Shown: positions 35,140 through 49,239 of the stretch, piece by piece
How the letters are laid out: each line of letters begins with the position of its first letter
How positions within the stretch are numbered: position 1 is the first letter of the stretch
From: Squalus acanthias
Taxonomy: Eukaryota
DNA: 64,000 bases
Direction of reading: 5' to 3'
NCBI GenBank assembly: GCA_030390025.1
Contig: CM059431.1
Span: forward strand, 147,872,001 to 147,936,000
Program-made: the position numbers and the translations under genes
Notes under the pieces: model-generated
What the model was told of the DNA's origin: nothing
The model's database searches: none
The model's input: only the letters and a program-made list of their open reading frames with translations

Positions 35140-38100
35140 ATGCTTCTTGACGATATTGCCCCGATGTTTTGTGTGATTCTGGCACATAGAATTGAAAACG
35201 CCAGGGAACAACAAAGAAGCCTGAGGAACCATGACAGCCGCCTAATCAAAAAGAACTACTACCCACCCAAGAGAGTGTACAGGGAGAGGCTGTCTTTCGA
35301 AATGATTTCAAAAGAGCTGTGTGTGAGGAGGCTGCGCTATAGCAAAGAGGCAATTGGTCGACTATGTGACATGTTAAAGGACGGCCTTCAAACACGCTCG
35401 AAGACCCGCACTGCCTTGTCAGTGTCCATGAAGGGAATCACAGCACTGAACTTCTTTGCATGTGGGTCAATTGAGTCAGGCACTGTTGACATTTCAAACA
35501 TCACCCCGAGCGCTCGAGGGCCTGCTTTCACCAATTCAAAATTGCCATATTCTGCAGGGATTCTGAGTTCATAGACTACGACTTGTCCACTCGGCATCAA
35601 AAGGGGAGGGCCTTGCATTTTACAGGATTGCTGCCTTCCCCAAAGTGATTTGGGCCGTCGATGGATTCCATGTTGCATTGAAGGCACCAATTGATGCACC
35701 TGTGACACACATCAACAGGAAGGGGTTTCATTCATTAAATATAATGGTAGTCTGTGATAAGAACATAAGAAAAAAAACAGCAGGAGTAGGCCATACGGCC
35801 CCTCGTGCCTGCTCTGCCATTCAATAAGATCATTGCTGATCATCGCCCTCAACTTCACTTTCCCGCCCGATCTCAATATCCCTAGATCCCCCAGAGTCCA
35901 AAAATCTATCTATCTCAGCCTTGAATATAATCAAAGACTCAGCATTCATAGCCCTCTGGGGCAGAGAATTCCAAAGATTCACAACCCTCTGAGTGACGAA
36001 ATTCCTCCTCATCTCAATCTTAAATGCCGACACCTTACCCTGAGACTATGCCCCCAATTCTAGACACTCCAGCCGGGGGAAACAAACTCAGCATCTACCC
36101 TGTCAATCCCCTTCAGAATATTTTATGTTTCAGTGAGATCACCTCTCATTCTTCTAAACTCCAGAGAGTATCGGCCCATTCTACACAATCTCTCATCATA
36201 GAACAGCCCTCTCATCACAGGAATCAATCTAGTGAACCTTCGTTGCACCGCCTCCAAGGCAAGTATATCCTTCCTTAGATAAGGAGGCCAAAACTGTGTA
36301 TAGTTCTCCAGATGTGGTCTCACCAAGGCCCTGTACAATTGTAGCAAGACTACCTTACTCTTATACTCCAACCCCATTTCAATAAAAGCCAACATGCTAT
36401 TTGTCTTTCTTATTGCTTTCTGTAGCTGCATGCTAGCTTTCTGTTTTTCTTGCACGAGGACACCCAAATCACTCTGAACACCAACATTTGAACATTTCTC
36501 ACCATTTAAAAAATATTCTGTTTTTCTATTCTTCCTACCAAAGTGAATAACCTCACATTTCCTACATTATACTCCATCTGCCATCTTACTGCCCACTCAC
36601 TTTGTCTATCTATTTCCCTTTGCCTCCTCATTGCGTTCTCCACAGCTTGCTGTCCCAATTAGCTTTGTATCATCAGCAAACTTGGATACATTGCAGTCGA
36701 TCCCTTCATCTAGGTCATTAATATAGATTGTAAATAGCTGAGCTCACAACACTTATACTTGCAGCACACCACTAGTTAAAGCCTGCCAACCAAAAGATCC
36801 GGTTGTCCCTACTCTCTGTTTTATTTCCGTTAACCAATCCTCTATCCATGCTACTATGTTACCCACAACCCCATGAGCCCTAATCTTGTTTAATAATCTT
36901 TTCTTTGGCCCCTTATCGAATGCCTTTTGCAAATCCAAATATACTACATCCACTGGTTCCCCTTTATCTACCCTGCTAGTTACATTTTCAGAAAACTCTA
37001 ATAAATTTGTCAAACACAATTTCCCTTTCATAATACCATGTGGACTCTGCCTAATCATATTATGATTTTCTAAGTGACTTGATACCACTTCTTTAACAAT
37101 TGATTCCAGAGTTTTCCCGGCGACTGATGTCAGGCTAACTGGCCTGTAGTTCCCTGTTTTTTTCTCTCCCTCCTTTCTTGAATAGCGGTGTTACATTTGC
37201 AACCTTCCAATCTGCTGGGACCATTCCAGAATCTAGGGAATTTTGAAAGATCAAAATCAATACATCCACTATCTCTTCAGCCACCTCTTTTAGAACCCTA
37301 GGATGTAGGCCGTCAGGTCCAGGGGATTTGTCGGCGTTTATTCCCATTAGTTTCTCTAGTACTTCTTTTCTACATATATATTAATTATGTTAAGTTCGTC
37401 ACACTCATTAGACCCTTGGTTCGCCAACATTTTTGTTATGCTTTTTGTGTCTTCTACTGTGAAGACAAATACAAAATATTTTTTTTAACGTTTCAGCCAT
37501 TTCCTTATTCCCCATAATAAATTTTCCTCTCTCAGCATCTAAGGGACCAACGTTTACTTTTGCTACTCTTTTCCTTTTTAAGTCCCCCAAGATTATTGCA
37601 TTAACTTTGTTGCAAGCTCCTACAATTTCTTGATTAATATTCTGTCCAACGGTATAGCTGCTGTTAGAGCGGCCTATATGCTACTCATATCAGTCTTTTC
37701 TGCCCCTTGTTATTCCTTATCTCCACCCATACTGGTTCTACTTCCAGATCTTCCAAGCCGAGATCCTTTCGCGCTACTGTCCTTATGTCATTCTTTATGA
37801 TCAGGGCTACTCCCCCTCCTATTTCATTCTGCCTGTCTTTTCGAAACGTCAAGTACCCTGGAACATTTTGTTCCCAAACTTGGCCAGCTTGCAACATATC
37901 TCTGTAATGGCTATTAGATAAAAAACATTTATCTCAATTTTTGCCACTAATGTGTCTATCTTGTTACGAAAGCTTCGTGGATTCAAATAAACAGCCGTGA
38001 ATTTTTTTTTTTTACCACTATTCCATGCTTTGACCTTATTCTCTGCTGCACTGCTACCATTAAACTTTCAACTCCCTTCCTGTCACACTCTGCTTATTTT

Positions 38101-39822
38101 TTTACCAAATCGCTACATTGCTCTATTGCCTTGACCTTTCTCTTTAGATTTCTAAATTTCCCCTAATCTCACCGCTCCCCACTGCTTTTTTTATTTTAAA
38201 GCGCTATCTACAGCCCTAGTTATTCGATTCGCCAGGACACTGGTCCCAGCTCGATTTAAGTGGAGCCCGTTCCGACGGAACAGCTTCCTCTTTCCCCAGT
38301 ACTGGTGCCAGTGCCCCATGAATTGAAATCCCTTTTTTCCCACACCACTCCTTGAGCCATGCACTTATCTCTCTGAACTGATTGATCCTATACCAATTTG
38401 GCTCAGTTAGTAATCCAGAGATTATTACCTTGTTGTTCTACTTATTAGTACTACTCAAACTCCCTCAGCAGAACCTCATTCCTAGTTCTACCTATGTCGT
38501 TGGTTCGTACATGGAACACGACAACTGAATCCTCCCCCTCCCCCTCCAAATTCTTCTCCAGCCGCGAGGAGATATCGTTAACCCTGGCAACGGGCAGGCA
38601 ACACAGCGTTCGGGAATTTCTTTCGCGGCTGCAGAGAAAGAATCTATCCCCCTGACTATACTGCCCCTACTACTACCACATTCCTTCCTTCTCCCCCCAC
38701 TTGGATGGCCCCCTGTCACACAGTGCCGTGGTCAGTTTCCCCGTCCTCCCTGAAGTCCTTTTCCTCATCCACACAGGTAGAAACTACCTCGTACCTGTTG
38801 GACAAGGTCCAGGGCTGAGGCTCCTCCATGACTACATCCTGGGTCCCCATACCTTCCTGACTTGCAGTCACAGCCTCCTGTACCTGACCACTGTCGAATT
38901 CTAAAGTACTACTTATCCTAAAGGGTGTGACTGCATCCTGGAACAAAGTGTCCAGGTAACTCTCCCCCTCCCGGATGCATCGCAATGTCTGCAGCTCGTA
39001 CTCCAGCTCAACAATTCTGGGCCGAAGTTCCTCGAGTTGCAGACACTTACTGCAGATGTGATTTCTCGGCATCGTGATGCTCTCCACAAATTCCCATATG
39101 CTGCAGTTACGACACACTGCCTGCCCTGCCATCTCTAACCTTGTTTTATTTATTAATTAATTAGTTTAAGATTTTATTTAATCGATCTTTTAGGTTTATT
39201 GTTTGATTGTTTTATTTAGTTTAATTATTAATTGAATAAGTACTAGCAGGTTTCAGTTTCTCAGCCCTTAATTTAACCCCATTCCCTAACTTAGAGAGCA
39301 AAAAAGAGCAACTGATGATCTTAACGTGAATGCGGATCACCAGGGAAGTGCTCATGACTCCTCCGTCCTCCATCACTCGGACTTATATGGCGCCCACAGC
39401 ACATTGCCCCCAGGATCCGCATGGATGTTGGACGACAATGGCTGCCCGCTAAAACCGTGGCTGATGACACCATACCGCAGGACAAATAATGAGGCAAAGG
39501 AGAGATACAACTGGGTACTAGTGTCCACACAGCAAGTGGTGGAGAGGAAAACCGGGGTTCTGAAATCACGCTTCCGGTGCCTGGACAGGATAGGCGGGAC
39601 TTCGCAGTACTCTCCTCTGAAAGTGTCAAGGATTGTGGTGGCCTGTTGCGCTTTACACAACTTTGCCCTCTGGAAGGACAGAACCTTAACCCTGCAGACG
39701 AGATCCCAGTGGAAATGGAGGACATGGAGGACGCCAACATTGATGCACCTGTGGCCAGGCTTGATGGGGAGGAACCAAGTGGTGCTAGAGAGCAGCTAGT
39801 AGCCAACACGTTTACGAGGTGA
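35140..39822 (+). pseudogene. Harbinger transposase pseudogene split by a CR1 insertion (35140-35758 and about 39300-39822)
   Basis: PKRVYRERLS...LCVRRLRYSKE...ALNFFACGS and AVDGFHVALKAP...NRKGFHSLNIMVVCD before the LINE. GSAHD, WLMTPY, VVERKTGVLKSRFRCLD, CCALHN after it. Frameshifts present. Confidence 0.9.
35758..39300 (-). mobile_element. Near full-length CR1 LINE with ORF1 (zinc finger + SGNH esterase) and internally deleted ORF2
   Basis: ORF1 39132-38716 MAGQAVCRNC...HICSKCLQLEELR and LSNRYEV, followed by esterase remnants. ORF2 fragments FRKDRQ..GGGVAL, DKSPGPDGLHPRVLKE, KAFDK, RPHLE. Tail (TTCTTATG)n at about 35760. Confidence 0.9.
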
Positions 39823-40096
39823 TGATTGTGTCGCCTTCTACCTCCCCCTCCCCCAGCAAGGTACAGAAAATAACACACACAATATAAAGTGAAACAGTGA
39901 ACTTTTATTGCAGCATCAAAGATATTTGATTAATTTTTTTGATGTTCCTAGTATTTAAATGCAAATAGTTAGCTTGCTTTTTTCTACTTTCTAAAAAATT
40001 TGTAATGATATATTGTTTGATTAAAAAAATTAGCAGTTTAAAGTGCATTTTTGTGTTACATAGTTCAATAAAGACTTTACATTCAGGATGTAAACT

Positions 40097-42690
40097 AGAT
40101 AGAAACATAGAAGGCAGGAGCAGGAGTAGGCCATTCGGCCGCTCGAGCCTGCTCCGCCATTCAATGCGAGCATGGCTGATCATCCAAATTCAATACCCTG
40201 TCCCTGCTTTCTCCCAATATCCGTTGATCCCTTTAGCCTTAAGAAATATATCTAAATTCTTCTTGAATATATTTATTTAATTAGAATCAATTGTCTTCTG
40301 TGGTAGAAAATTCCACAGGTTCATCACTCTCTGGGTGAAGAAATTCCTCCTCATCTCAGTCCTAAATGGCTTACTCCTTATCCTTAGACTGTGACCCCTG
40401 GTTCTGGACTCCCCCACCATCGGGAACATACTTCCTGCATCTAGTCTGTCTAGTCCTGATAGCATTTTATAAGTTTCAGTGAGATCCCCTCTCATTCTTC
40501 TAAACTCCAGCGAATACAAGCCCAATCGACCCAATCTCTCTACATGCGTCATTCCTGCCATGCCAGGTATCAGTCTGGTGAATCTTCGCTGCAATCTCTC
40601 CATGGCCAAAAAAATCCTTCCTCAGATAAGGCGACCAAAACTGCACACAATATTCAAGGTGTGGTCTCACCAAGGCCCTGTACAACTGAAGCAAGACATC
40701 CGTGCTTCTGTACTGAAATCCACTCGCTATGAAGGCCAACGTACCATTTGCGTTCTTAACCGCCTGCTGCACCTGCATGCTTAACTTCAGCGACTGGTGC
40801 ACAAGGATACCCAGGTCTCGTTGCACTTCCCCTTTTCCCTTAGCTATTGCCGTTCAGATAATAATCTGCCTTCCTGTTTTTGCCACCAAAGTGGATAACC
40901 TTGCAATTATCCACATTATTCTGCCGTGCATCTGCTCAATCAACGAACCTGTCCAAATCATACTGGAGTTTCTCTGCATCCTCCTCACAACACACACACA
41001 CACCCAACTTCGTGTCGTCTGCAAACTTGGAGATATTACATCTAGTTACCTCGTCTAGATCATTAATGGCCCGAAAATTAGACCTAATACGCGAGAGTAC
41101 GCACTGTGTACTCTCGCGTTTTAGGTCTCCAATTGCCGGTTTTCAGCATGCACTGCGCATGCGCGGGAAACCGGCACTTCGTGAACTCAAAAGGGGGCGG
41201 TTCCTAAGTGAACCGCGTGCGCGCTACAGGCAGCACGTACGCAGTGCACTTAGTGCTTTGAACGCGCAGATAAGCATGGAAGATTTTACACATAAAGAAA
41301 GGAGGCGTAAGACCCTCTTTAAACAAGGTAAGTAGTTAATTAAGTATTATTTTAAATTTTTTTCAACAAGTTTATCTTTTTTAGAGACTTTAAAGAAAGG
41401 TAAGTTTATTTTTATAACTTTTAAAAAGATTTTAAATTTTTTCAGAAATTTTAATTTTTGTTTACAGTGGTTAATTTATTTAAATATTGTTATTTTATTA
41501 ATGTGATGTTTTTTTTTTAATTGAGGTTTAGCCGTTCTTTTGGGGGGGTATAGCATTCATAGCTTTGACAGTTGTCCTGTCAAAACTATGAATGAAAGAT
41601 GGTGTGCTGCCATTGGCTCTAAATGAATCACGTGATCCCACAGCTCGCACGAACTAACTGCGTCTGTGGGTCACGCAAGCACTGCACAGCTGCATGTGGG
41701 AATGGCCTTGAAACTAAAGGTCGTGTGAGCCCGGAGGGAAAAGGTAGGTGCGCAGTGAGATATCGCGGGGAAGCCTTACCCCCGCAGGAACGCTCCGTGT
41801 TTAATTTCTGGGCCAATATATATTGTGAATAACTGCGGTCCTAGCACCGATCCCTGCGGTACCCCACTAGTCACTGCCTGCCACTCGGAAAAAGACCCGT
41901 TTATTCCAACACTTTGCTTCCTGTCTGCCAAACAGTTTTCTATCCAAGACAGTACCTTACCCTCAATCCCATCTGCTTTAACTTTGCACGCTAATCTCTT
42001 TTGTGGGACCTTATTGAAAGCCTTCTGAAAGTCCAAATACACCACATCCACTGATTCTCCTTTATCTATTCTACTAGTTACATCTTCAAAAAAATGCAGT
42101 AGATTAGTCAAGCATGATTTACCTTTTGTAAATCCATGTTGACTTTGTCCGATCCTGTCACTGTTTTCCAAGTTCTCTGCTATTACATCTTTTATAATGG
42201 ACTCTAGTATTTTCCCCACTACCGATGACAGGCTTACTGGTCTATAATTCCCCATTTTCTCTCTACCACCTTTTTTGAATAGTGACGTTACATTAGCTAC
42301 CCTCCTATCCATGGGAACTGTTCCAGTGTCTATAGAATTTTGGAAGTTGATCAGCAATGCATCTACTATTTCTGGGCCCATTTCCTTAAGTACCCTAGGA
42401 TGTAGATTATCAGGCCCTGGGGATTTATCGGCCTTCAATCCCGTTAATTTCCCTAACCCCACTTCCCTACAAATACTGATTGCATTCAGTTCCTCCCTCT
42501 CATTAGACCCTATGTTCCCCGACATCTCTGGGAGATTATTTGGGTCCTCCTTTTTGAAGGCAGAACCAAAGTATGTAATTAATTGGGCTGCCATTTCTTT
42601 GTTCCCCATTATAAATTCCGCTGATTCTGACTGCAAGGGACCTACGCTTGACTTCAACAATCTTTTTCTCTTCACATATCTATAGAAGTT
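40097..42690 (-). mobile_element. 5'-truncated CR1 LINE (RT and C-terminus), interrupted by a MITE
   Basis: ORF 41776-42675 DKSPGPDNLHPRVLKE...PQGSVLGPQLFTIYI. Continues after the MITE with NDLD...KFADD and RPHLEYCVQFWSPY. Tail CTATGTTTCTAT. Confidence 0.92.
41068..41814 (+). mobile_element. Non-autonomous Harbinger-type MITE, copy 2 (747 bp)
   Basis: TIR GGCCCGAAAATT / AATTTCTGGGCC. TSD AAT at 41065-41067 and 41815-41817. Removing it restores the CR1 RT motif FTIYINDLD. Confidence 0.92.
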
Positions 42691-42879
42691 TTTCTACTTT
42701 TTAAACAGTTGTAATGTTAAATTGGTTTCAATAAAAATAGTTAAAATACTTTAAAGAGACTATAGGTATACATATGAAATGTAATGTTTAAATACATTAT
42801 CAGTCACAAATATAAATTTCAAGAAATAAAACAACACCAACATTTAAATACTAGGAAACATTAAAGAATTGAACAATAT

Positions 42880-44673
42880 GCCCCCTCGCTTCTGTGCCTG
42901 ATGGTTGAAGGTGATGGGTTATGCAAAAGGAGGCACCCTACTGTCTCCTGCTCTTCCCCCTTCCATGTGACCGGAGCCTTTACATGCCAAGGGCATGACC
43001 TCAGTGTGCCATCTCTTGCCCTTCAGCAGTTGACTCCTGGCAGGGTTATTGCTGCTGCAAAATGTAACATTTACTTCCACCATAATTGGCGGAGCTGCTG
43101 ACTCCTGGGGTTGCACTGTGTCTGGGCTGGGAGCAGGCAAGTGGAGTTCTGAGGGAGTCAAATTAATGGCAGCCGAACCTGCTATCTTCAGCTGGAATAA
43201 TTGAACCAGAGACACGTTAACCTGATTAATCGCCTGATGAACATGGCCCATCACATCAGAAATGCTGTGTAAAGCCATGAGGATCTGAGTAAATATTGTC
43301 TGTGCAGTTTTGCCGAACTGATTGATGATCTGTAGACTTCTGTCCAACCTATTGCACATATTGCTCCAAGAAAATTAATCCCCTGCCTGATAGAGGCAAG
43401 AGAGTCAAGTTTCTTCCCATGAAGAGTGAGCAGTTCTCGCCTCAACCGTGCAATCTGTTGCACCTGATTTTCTAAATCTTTCTGCTGCGCGAAATGTCTA
43501 GCTGCTTCGAGCAGCTGCTCTGCAGTATAAAGTCGGTGACTGGCTGTGGGACGACAGTCGTGTCTGCCTCTCACAGAGCCAGAGGGGCAAGGAGATGGAG
43601 AGGGGGAGTGCAGCGTTTCATCATGGTCAAGGTGCCCACTTCGATCGGCCACCAACCCAGGTTCCAGACCGTCCCTTCCACTAGCTGACACTGCACAGAT
43701 TCCTCCTCATCCGCCTCACATGCTGTTCGCATTTGATCTGTTACCACTTCCCCAATGCCCTCTGCAGCCGCAGACTCGCTGCACTCTTCATCACGTGTGT
43801 ACGAAGACAGATTTCCACCTGTACGAAGGAAACAGTAAACATTTACAGTGGTGAAGCATATTGACCTGCCACATCACAGAAGTTGATATTCCGCTCACAC
43901 CTTACAGTTTTAAACATACAGCTGGAGCAAACTACCTTTCCTTACTCCAGTGTCTGATTGCGCAACAGAAACTGAACTGCCACCACTGAATCCAAGTTAG
44001 TGCGTGCCCCTTTTCTCATGATCCGACAACTCCATCAGTGTGGCAGCACCACCATCTTTCATGGCACGCTCTCTGGCGTTATTTGCTATTTTACTCTAAG
44101 TTGAAAACAGAAATGAAAATAAAATTCAGTATTTCCTGCAGAGACCACCCACCTGCTGTAGAAACAGGAGCAGATGCTGCTTTGGAGACTGGGTATTTTT
44201 CACTCATTGAAATTTCACACCTCAAAACTGCGGAGTAGAGATAAGATGTTTACAAGCACAATAGATGACCCTGACTGGCTCCAAATCCTTTACAATTTGC
44301 GACTAGCTCAGATGCCTGGCTAATGAAGTCACTTCGCAACAGCTATGCAGCTAAACATGTTTTAAAATAGTAAAGTAAAATTTTACCAAGTTTTACATTT
44401 GACATTTCTAAGAAGTGTACAATCCCTGGCAGATCGCGGCAAATCATTACATTTTTGCGGCATTGTTCCGCTGTCCGTGGAATGGTTGTGTTAGCGCTAA
44501 CAGCCTCGGCAACTTTGTCCAAGCTGTCATTTGTCCTTTCTGCGGGACTCGGATTTCATGGTCCCAATGGTCCACAGACGCTTCACCTCAACCTCACTGT
44601 GGAAATTGCTGATGTCATCGTCAGTGAAATTCTGAGCTCTCTTCATCATCACAAATATGCTTGCTCCTTCCAT
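42880..44673 (-). pseudogene. Myb/SANT-like gene of the decayed Harbinger (3 exons, frameshifted)
   Basis: From ATG 44673: KRAQNFTDDDI...DKVAEAVSANTTIPRTAEQCRK. Exon 2 (44095-43936) SKIANNARERAMKDGG parallels AKLAHNRRQQQRTGGG of the intact element. Coiled-coil fragments at 43691-42919. Confidence 0.75.
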
Positions 44674-45159
44674 TTCACTTTACAGTTTAAATAAAATGAC
44701 TGAAAATTATTTTAAAGTTTTTAAAAATCTTTAAATTGCTTTAAGTCTCTTTAAAAGTCTTTAAAATTATTTTAAATTCTTCAAATCCATGTAAAAGTTT
44801 TTAACATTTTCTAAAAGTTTACAAAAGTTTTTTAAACCTATTAAAAAAAAGAACTTACCATTACGAATTACAGGTTCTTTTGATGCTGAAGCCTCTGCAC
44901 AGTTTTTAAAAATATGGGGCGGGGCCTATTTAAATATGGAATTTTGACTGTTCTTGTGGGCGGGTCTCACTTACGCATGGAGCCCGCGGCTCCGCGCACG
45001 CTGCACTCCTGGGCGGCGTGACGTCAAACGCTGCCGGGATAAAGTACGGTTCTCCGTGTGGGGACAGACTGCAGGTAGGCGCTGATTTATTTTGCTGGTC
45101 GGAGGCGTTAGCCCGCGGGAAACCTCCGACCGCAAATTCAGAGTCGGTATCAGTATAAG

Positions 45160-45460
45160 TGACTATAAAACTGTCGGACTGTCGTAGAAACCAAACTAGT
45201 TCTCTGAGGTCCATTTAGGGAAGGGAACCTGCCGTCCTTACACGCTCTGGGCGCCTATATGTGACTCGAGTACCACAATAACGTGATTGATTCTAAACTA
45301 TCCCCTGAAGTGGAACTAAAAAGTCACCCGATTGTTTGAAACCCTCTACCAGCGGTTCAAGAAAAGGCCCACGACCATCAACTTTTCTCAGACCAACGAG
45401 GGACGGGCAGTAAATGTCGACTTTGCCAGCGACACCCACATCTCCAGAACGAATAATAAG
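45160..45460 (-). mobile_element. SINE-like repeat (parent type of the 34-bp minisatellite at 57.5-58.8 kb)
   Basis: TTTAGGGAAGGGAACCTGCCGTCCTTAC...CCTATATGTGACTC is the reverse complement of the sequence at 58790-58890. Confidence 0.6.
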
Positions 45461-45829
45461 CAAACATTGTAAAGATTAGATTGAATTCTCCCTTGGTGAC
45501 TGTGATATGAATCTCAGCTTCGAACAGGGTGTGGAGGGGAATTACTGTCAAGATTAGAGCGAAAAATCACTTTTTGTGGACTTTGCTCAGGGTGTGTTTG
45601 TTAACAGGACAGACATTCAACTGAGTAACTTAAGAAGGTGCTGCGGTACAAGGTAGGAACAAAGCAAATTATGAGAACATGTATATTATGGGTTTATATA
45701 GCGTATAATCTGCAAATCAGTACATTTATCCCAGTAATATAATTTTGGAATTGAAAGGCATAATGTGTTATGTGTCTGTCACATCACTGCATCGTTCTTT
45801 TAAAAAAAGACAAGGGGTGGTCTATTTGA

Positions 45830-47400
45830 GTTGTTTAAGATGATTAAATGATGTGATAGTTTGATACGGTAGATAGAGAGAAACTATCTTTCCTCTGGTG
45901 AGGAAGTCCAGAACAAGCGGTCATAAACTTAAATTAGAGCTAGGCGGTTCGGGAGTGAGGTCAGGCAGCATCTCTTCAGACAAAGGGTGGTGGAAATCTG
46001 GAACTCTCTCCCCCAAAAACCTGTTGAGGTTGGCGATCAATTGAATGTTTCAAAACTGAGATTGATAGATTTTTGTTGAGTAAGAGCATTAGAGGTTACG
46101 GTACCCAAGTGGGTGGATGGAGTTAAGATACCGATCAGCCGTGAATTAATTGAATGGAGGAACAGGCTCGAGGGGCTGAATGGCTCCTGTTCCTATATCC
46201 CTGCCCCTAAGTCCCTATGACCCGAAGTCACTGTGTCCCTCTTTCACTCTGTCCCTATGTCTCTATATCCCTAAGTTCCTATGTTCCTATGTCCCTATAT
46301 CCATCTTTCACTCTGACCCCCTCTCATTAATCCCTCTTTAACTCTGTCTCTATATCTCTATATCCTTATGTTCCTATGTCACTCTGTCCCTCTGTCCGTA
46401 AGACCCTCATACATTCTGTCTCTATGTCTCTATATTCCTATGTTCCTATGTCCCTTTGTCCCTATGGCACTCTGTGCTTCTGTTCCTCTGATCCTATGTC
46501 CCACCTCCCCTCTGTCCCCCTGTCGCTATGTCCCTCTTCTCCTCTGTCCCAATGTCGTTATGTCTCTAAGTCCCGATGTTCCTTTGTCTAATTATCCCTA
46601 TGTCGCTATGTCTCTACGTCCTCCTGTCCCTCTGCCCCCTTTCGCCCTGTACCTCTGTTCCCTGTCCCCTTGTACCTCTGCCCCCAGTCCCCCGGTCTCT
46701 CTCTCCTCTGTCCCCCTGTTACTCTGTTCCCTGACCACCTGTACCTCTGCCCTCTGTTCCCCTGTACCTCAGACCCCTGTCTCCATGTACCTCTGCCCCC
46801 AGCCCCCTGTCGCTCTGTCCTCTGTCCTCTCTCCCCTGTTCCTCTGTTCCCTGTCCCCCTGTAACCCTGCCCTCTGGCCCCCTGTACCTTTGCCCCCGTC
46901 CCCCTGTCTCACTGTCCCCGTCCCCATCTAACTCTACCCCCTGTCATCATGTACCTATGTTGCTATGCCTCTATTTCCCTATGTCCTTCTTTTCGTCTAT
47001 TGCACAGAACCCCGGTGTCATGTCCCTCTGTTGCCCAGCCCCCCTGTCCCCCTGTCCCCATCTCCCCATGTGCCTCTGTCCCTCTGTCCCATGTCCCCTT
47101 GTCCCCTGTCTCTCTGCCCCCTGTCCCCATGTCCCTCTGTTTCTATGCTTCTATTTCCCTATGTCCTTCTGTCCCTTTGTTGTCCTGTCCCCCTGTTCTT
47201 CTGACCACTGTCTCCATGTACCTCTGTCCCTCTAACCCCGTACCCCTGTCCCTCTGCCTCCTGTCTTCATGTACCTCTGCCCCTGTCCGCATGTACCTCT
47301 GTTGCTATACCTCTATTTCCCTATGTCCTTCTGTCCCTCTGTGCCATGTCCCTATGGCCCTCTTTCCCACTGTCCCTATGTCCCCTGTCACAATGTCCCT
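45830..47400 (+). repeat. CR1 3' end (45830-46200) running into about 1.2 kb of C/T-rich low-complexity repeat
   Basis: GGCTCGAGGGGCTGAATGGCTCCTGTTCCTAT end is followed by CCTATGTC/CCCCTGTC-like short repeats. Overlapping Pro/Ser/Cys ORFs are artefacts. Confidence 0.8.
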
Positions 47401-47769
47401 CTGTCAAAATGCTACTTTTCAGGGTTGGCATGGCGACCGACATCTCCCCTCATCACTCGATGGTCAAATAAAAGGCTTGTTTTGAAAATAACCCAACAGG
47501 CAAACATGGTACCAGGTCTGATCTCTGGTCCCTGCTGCCTCAGGCAAAGTGGGTGATCGGGGAAATCTTGGAATGGAGGAGGGGAAATAAAGCGTCCCCT
47601 TATTTTTCCATGTCCGGTATCCTTGCAGTTGCCCCTGTGCTGGTTAACTACCCCGTTTTAAAATCTTTGAGCAGGAAACACGCTCGAAAGTGATGGATCC
47701 AACTATCCATGAACCGGATCGCACTTGCGGAGAACATTGCTGCTAGGCTTCAGCTTGTGGACAACCAAT

Positions 47770-48200
47770 ACAGAACTCCATTTCTATAGTGCTATTCACG
47801 ACCTCAGGACGTCCCAAAGTGCTTTACACACAATGAAATGCGTTATTTGTTGTAATATCGGGAAACGCGGCAGCCACTTTCCACACTGCAAGCTCACAAA
47901 TACACTAATGTGATATTGAGAATCTGTATTGGTGCTTTTAGTTGATGGCTAAATATTGGTCCTGGTCACCGGATATAACTGCCCTGCTCTGCTTCAAAAT
48001 AGTACTGTGGAATCTTTTCTGTCCAAGTGAGAGGGCAGACAGGGCCACGGTTTAATGTCTCACCCGCAACAATGCAGCGAGCTGATCGGCCTCAGTGCAC
48101 CTCGGTAGTGAATCTGAGTGTCAATTTGGATTTTTGTGCTCAACTTTTTGGGTTGGGACTTTGAACCCATTACTTTCTGACTCAGGGGCGAGAGCTCTAT
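47770..48200 (-). mobile_element. Decayed Deu-domain SINE
   Basis: Reverse-strand match to the 31074 SINE (GAGAGGGCAGAC.GGGCC.CGGTTTAATGTCTCA; GAACCC...CTTTCTGACTCAG.GGCGAGAG). Confidence 0.6.
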
Positions 48201-49239
48201 AATGAAAACAGAGGAGAGATAAACAAAGTTATTGTTTCCAGTAAATGACATTTCGTCACATAGTAAGCCAAGGGTGATAGTCACTAATCCAATTTGGATT
48301 TGGCTCGATGTGTTAGTCACTCTTTGTGTGATAATGAACTCCTGATGACATCTGCCAATTGCTTTAGGCCGAGAAACATTTAATCTCTGAATTTGCGGTG
48401 CTTGTGGAGGGTTTGGAATCGCTGTTACCCACGCCCCTAGTGCTAGTCGCAGTTATTGCATTGGAATATGCTCATTCTCAGACCCTGAATCTAGAGGGGA
48501 ATTCAATATTCCAACTGGATAAAGTTAGGGCCTCACTGCAATGTAATTGATGTTTATGGGACTTGCTGTGCACACATTAGCTCCCATGATTCCCTACGTT
48601 ACAACAGTGACTACACGTAAAGAAGTACGTCACTGGGTGTAACGCGCGTTGGGAGGTCCTGACGTCTTGAACGTTGTGATATAATTACAAGTTCTTTCTT
48701 TCCTTCCAGTGAGTAATATTGGATTTGCACTCGGTTGTCTCTTTCCCGACGGACGGATTAGGAGGAACTTAGCACCCTTAAGTTGTCCGTAAGTGAGAGA
48801 GTTGTGAAACAATAATTAAATTATAACCTCAATAATGAAAATGGGAAGAAGTGAAGAGAGATCTCAATAATTCTGACCGATATAATTTCATAACATCGAA
48901 TTGTGATATCTACACACTAAACTCTTTGTCGGTGTAATTTCATCCCAATAATGGTGCTGAATTAATCCACCATATAACATTTGTCGATATTTAACTGTCC
49001 TGAGAAGGAAATATTATGTTTTATTAGATTCTCAGCAGGTGCAATATTGTGGCCGAGTGATTGAAAATGGAACCAGAACAATCCACATCGAGAGGTGGGA
49101 AAGGTGGAAAAGGTGCAATTCGAAAAGTGATCAACTATATAACTGGCAATGGTAAGGGAGGAAAAGTAAAACAGGCAGGCATCAGAGGATAGATACTTAT
49201 GGCTACATGAATGAGTTAGATGTAAACTTGGCTAACAGG

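Larger units (their letters stand above)
34370..45145 (+). mobile_element. Decayed autonomous-type Harbinger transposon with nested insertions
   Basis: GC-rich termini with weak TIR similarity (GGGCCGTATTTTGTG ... CGCAAATTCAGAGTC). Split transposase on + and 3-exon Myb gene on -. About 4.5 kb remains once the nested CR1s and MITEs are removed. Ends are approximate and no TSD was seen. Confidence 0.75.

Noticed and set aside
45590..45651. Possible non-coding first exon of the NLR gene (ends CAAG|GTAGG)
   Set aside because: Only a donor-like motif supports it, and it cannot be tested without transcripts.
46368..47556. Pro/Ser/Cys-rich ORFs of 178-187 aa
   Set aside because: These are translations of a low-complexity C/T tract that lacks stop codons.
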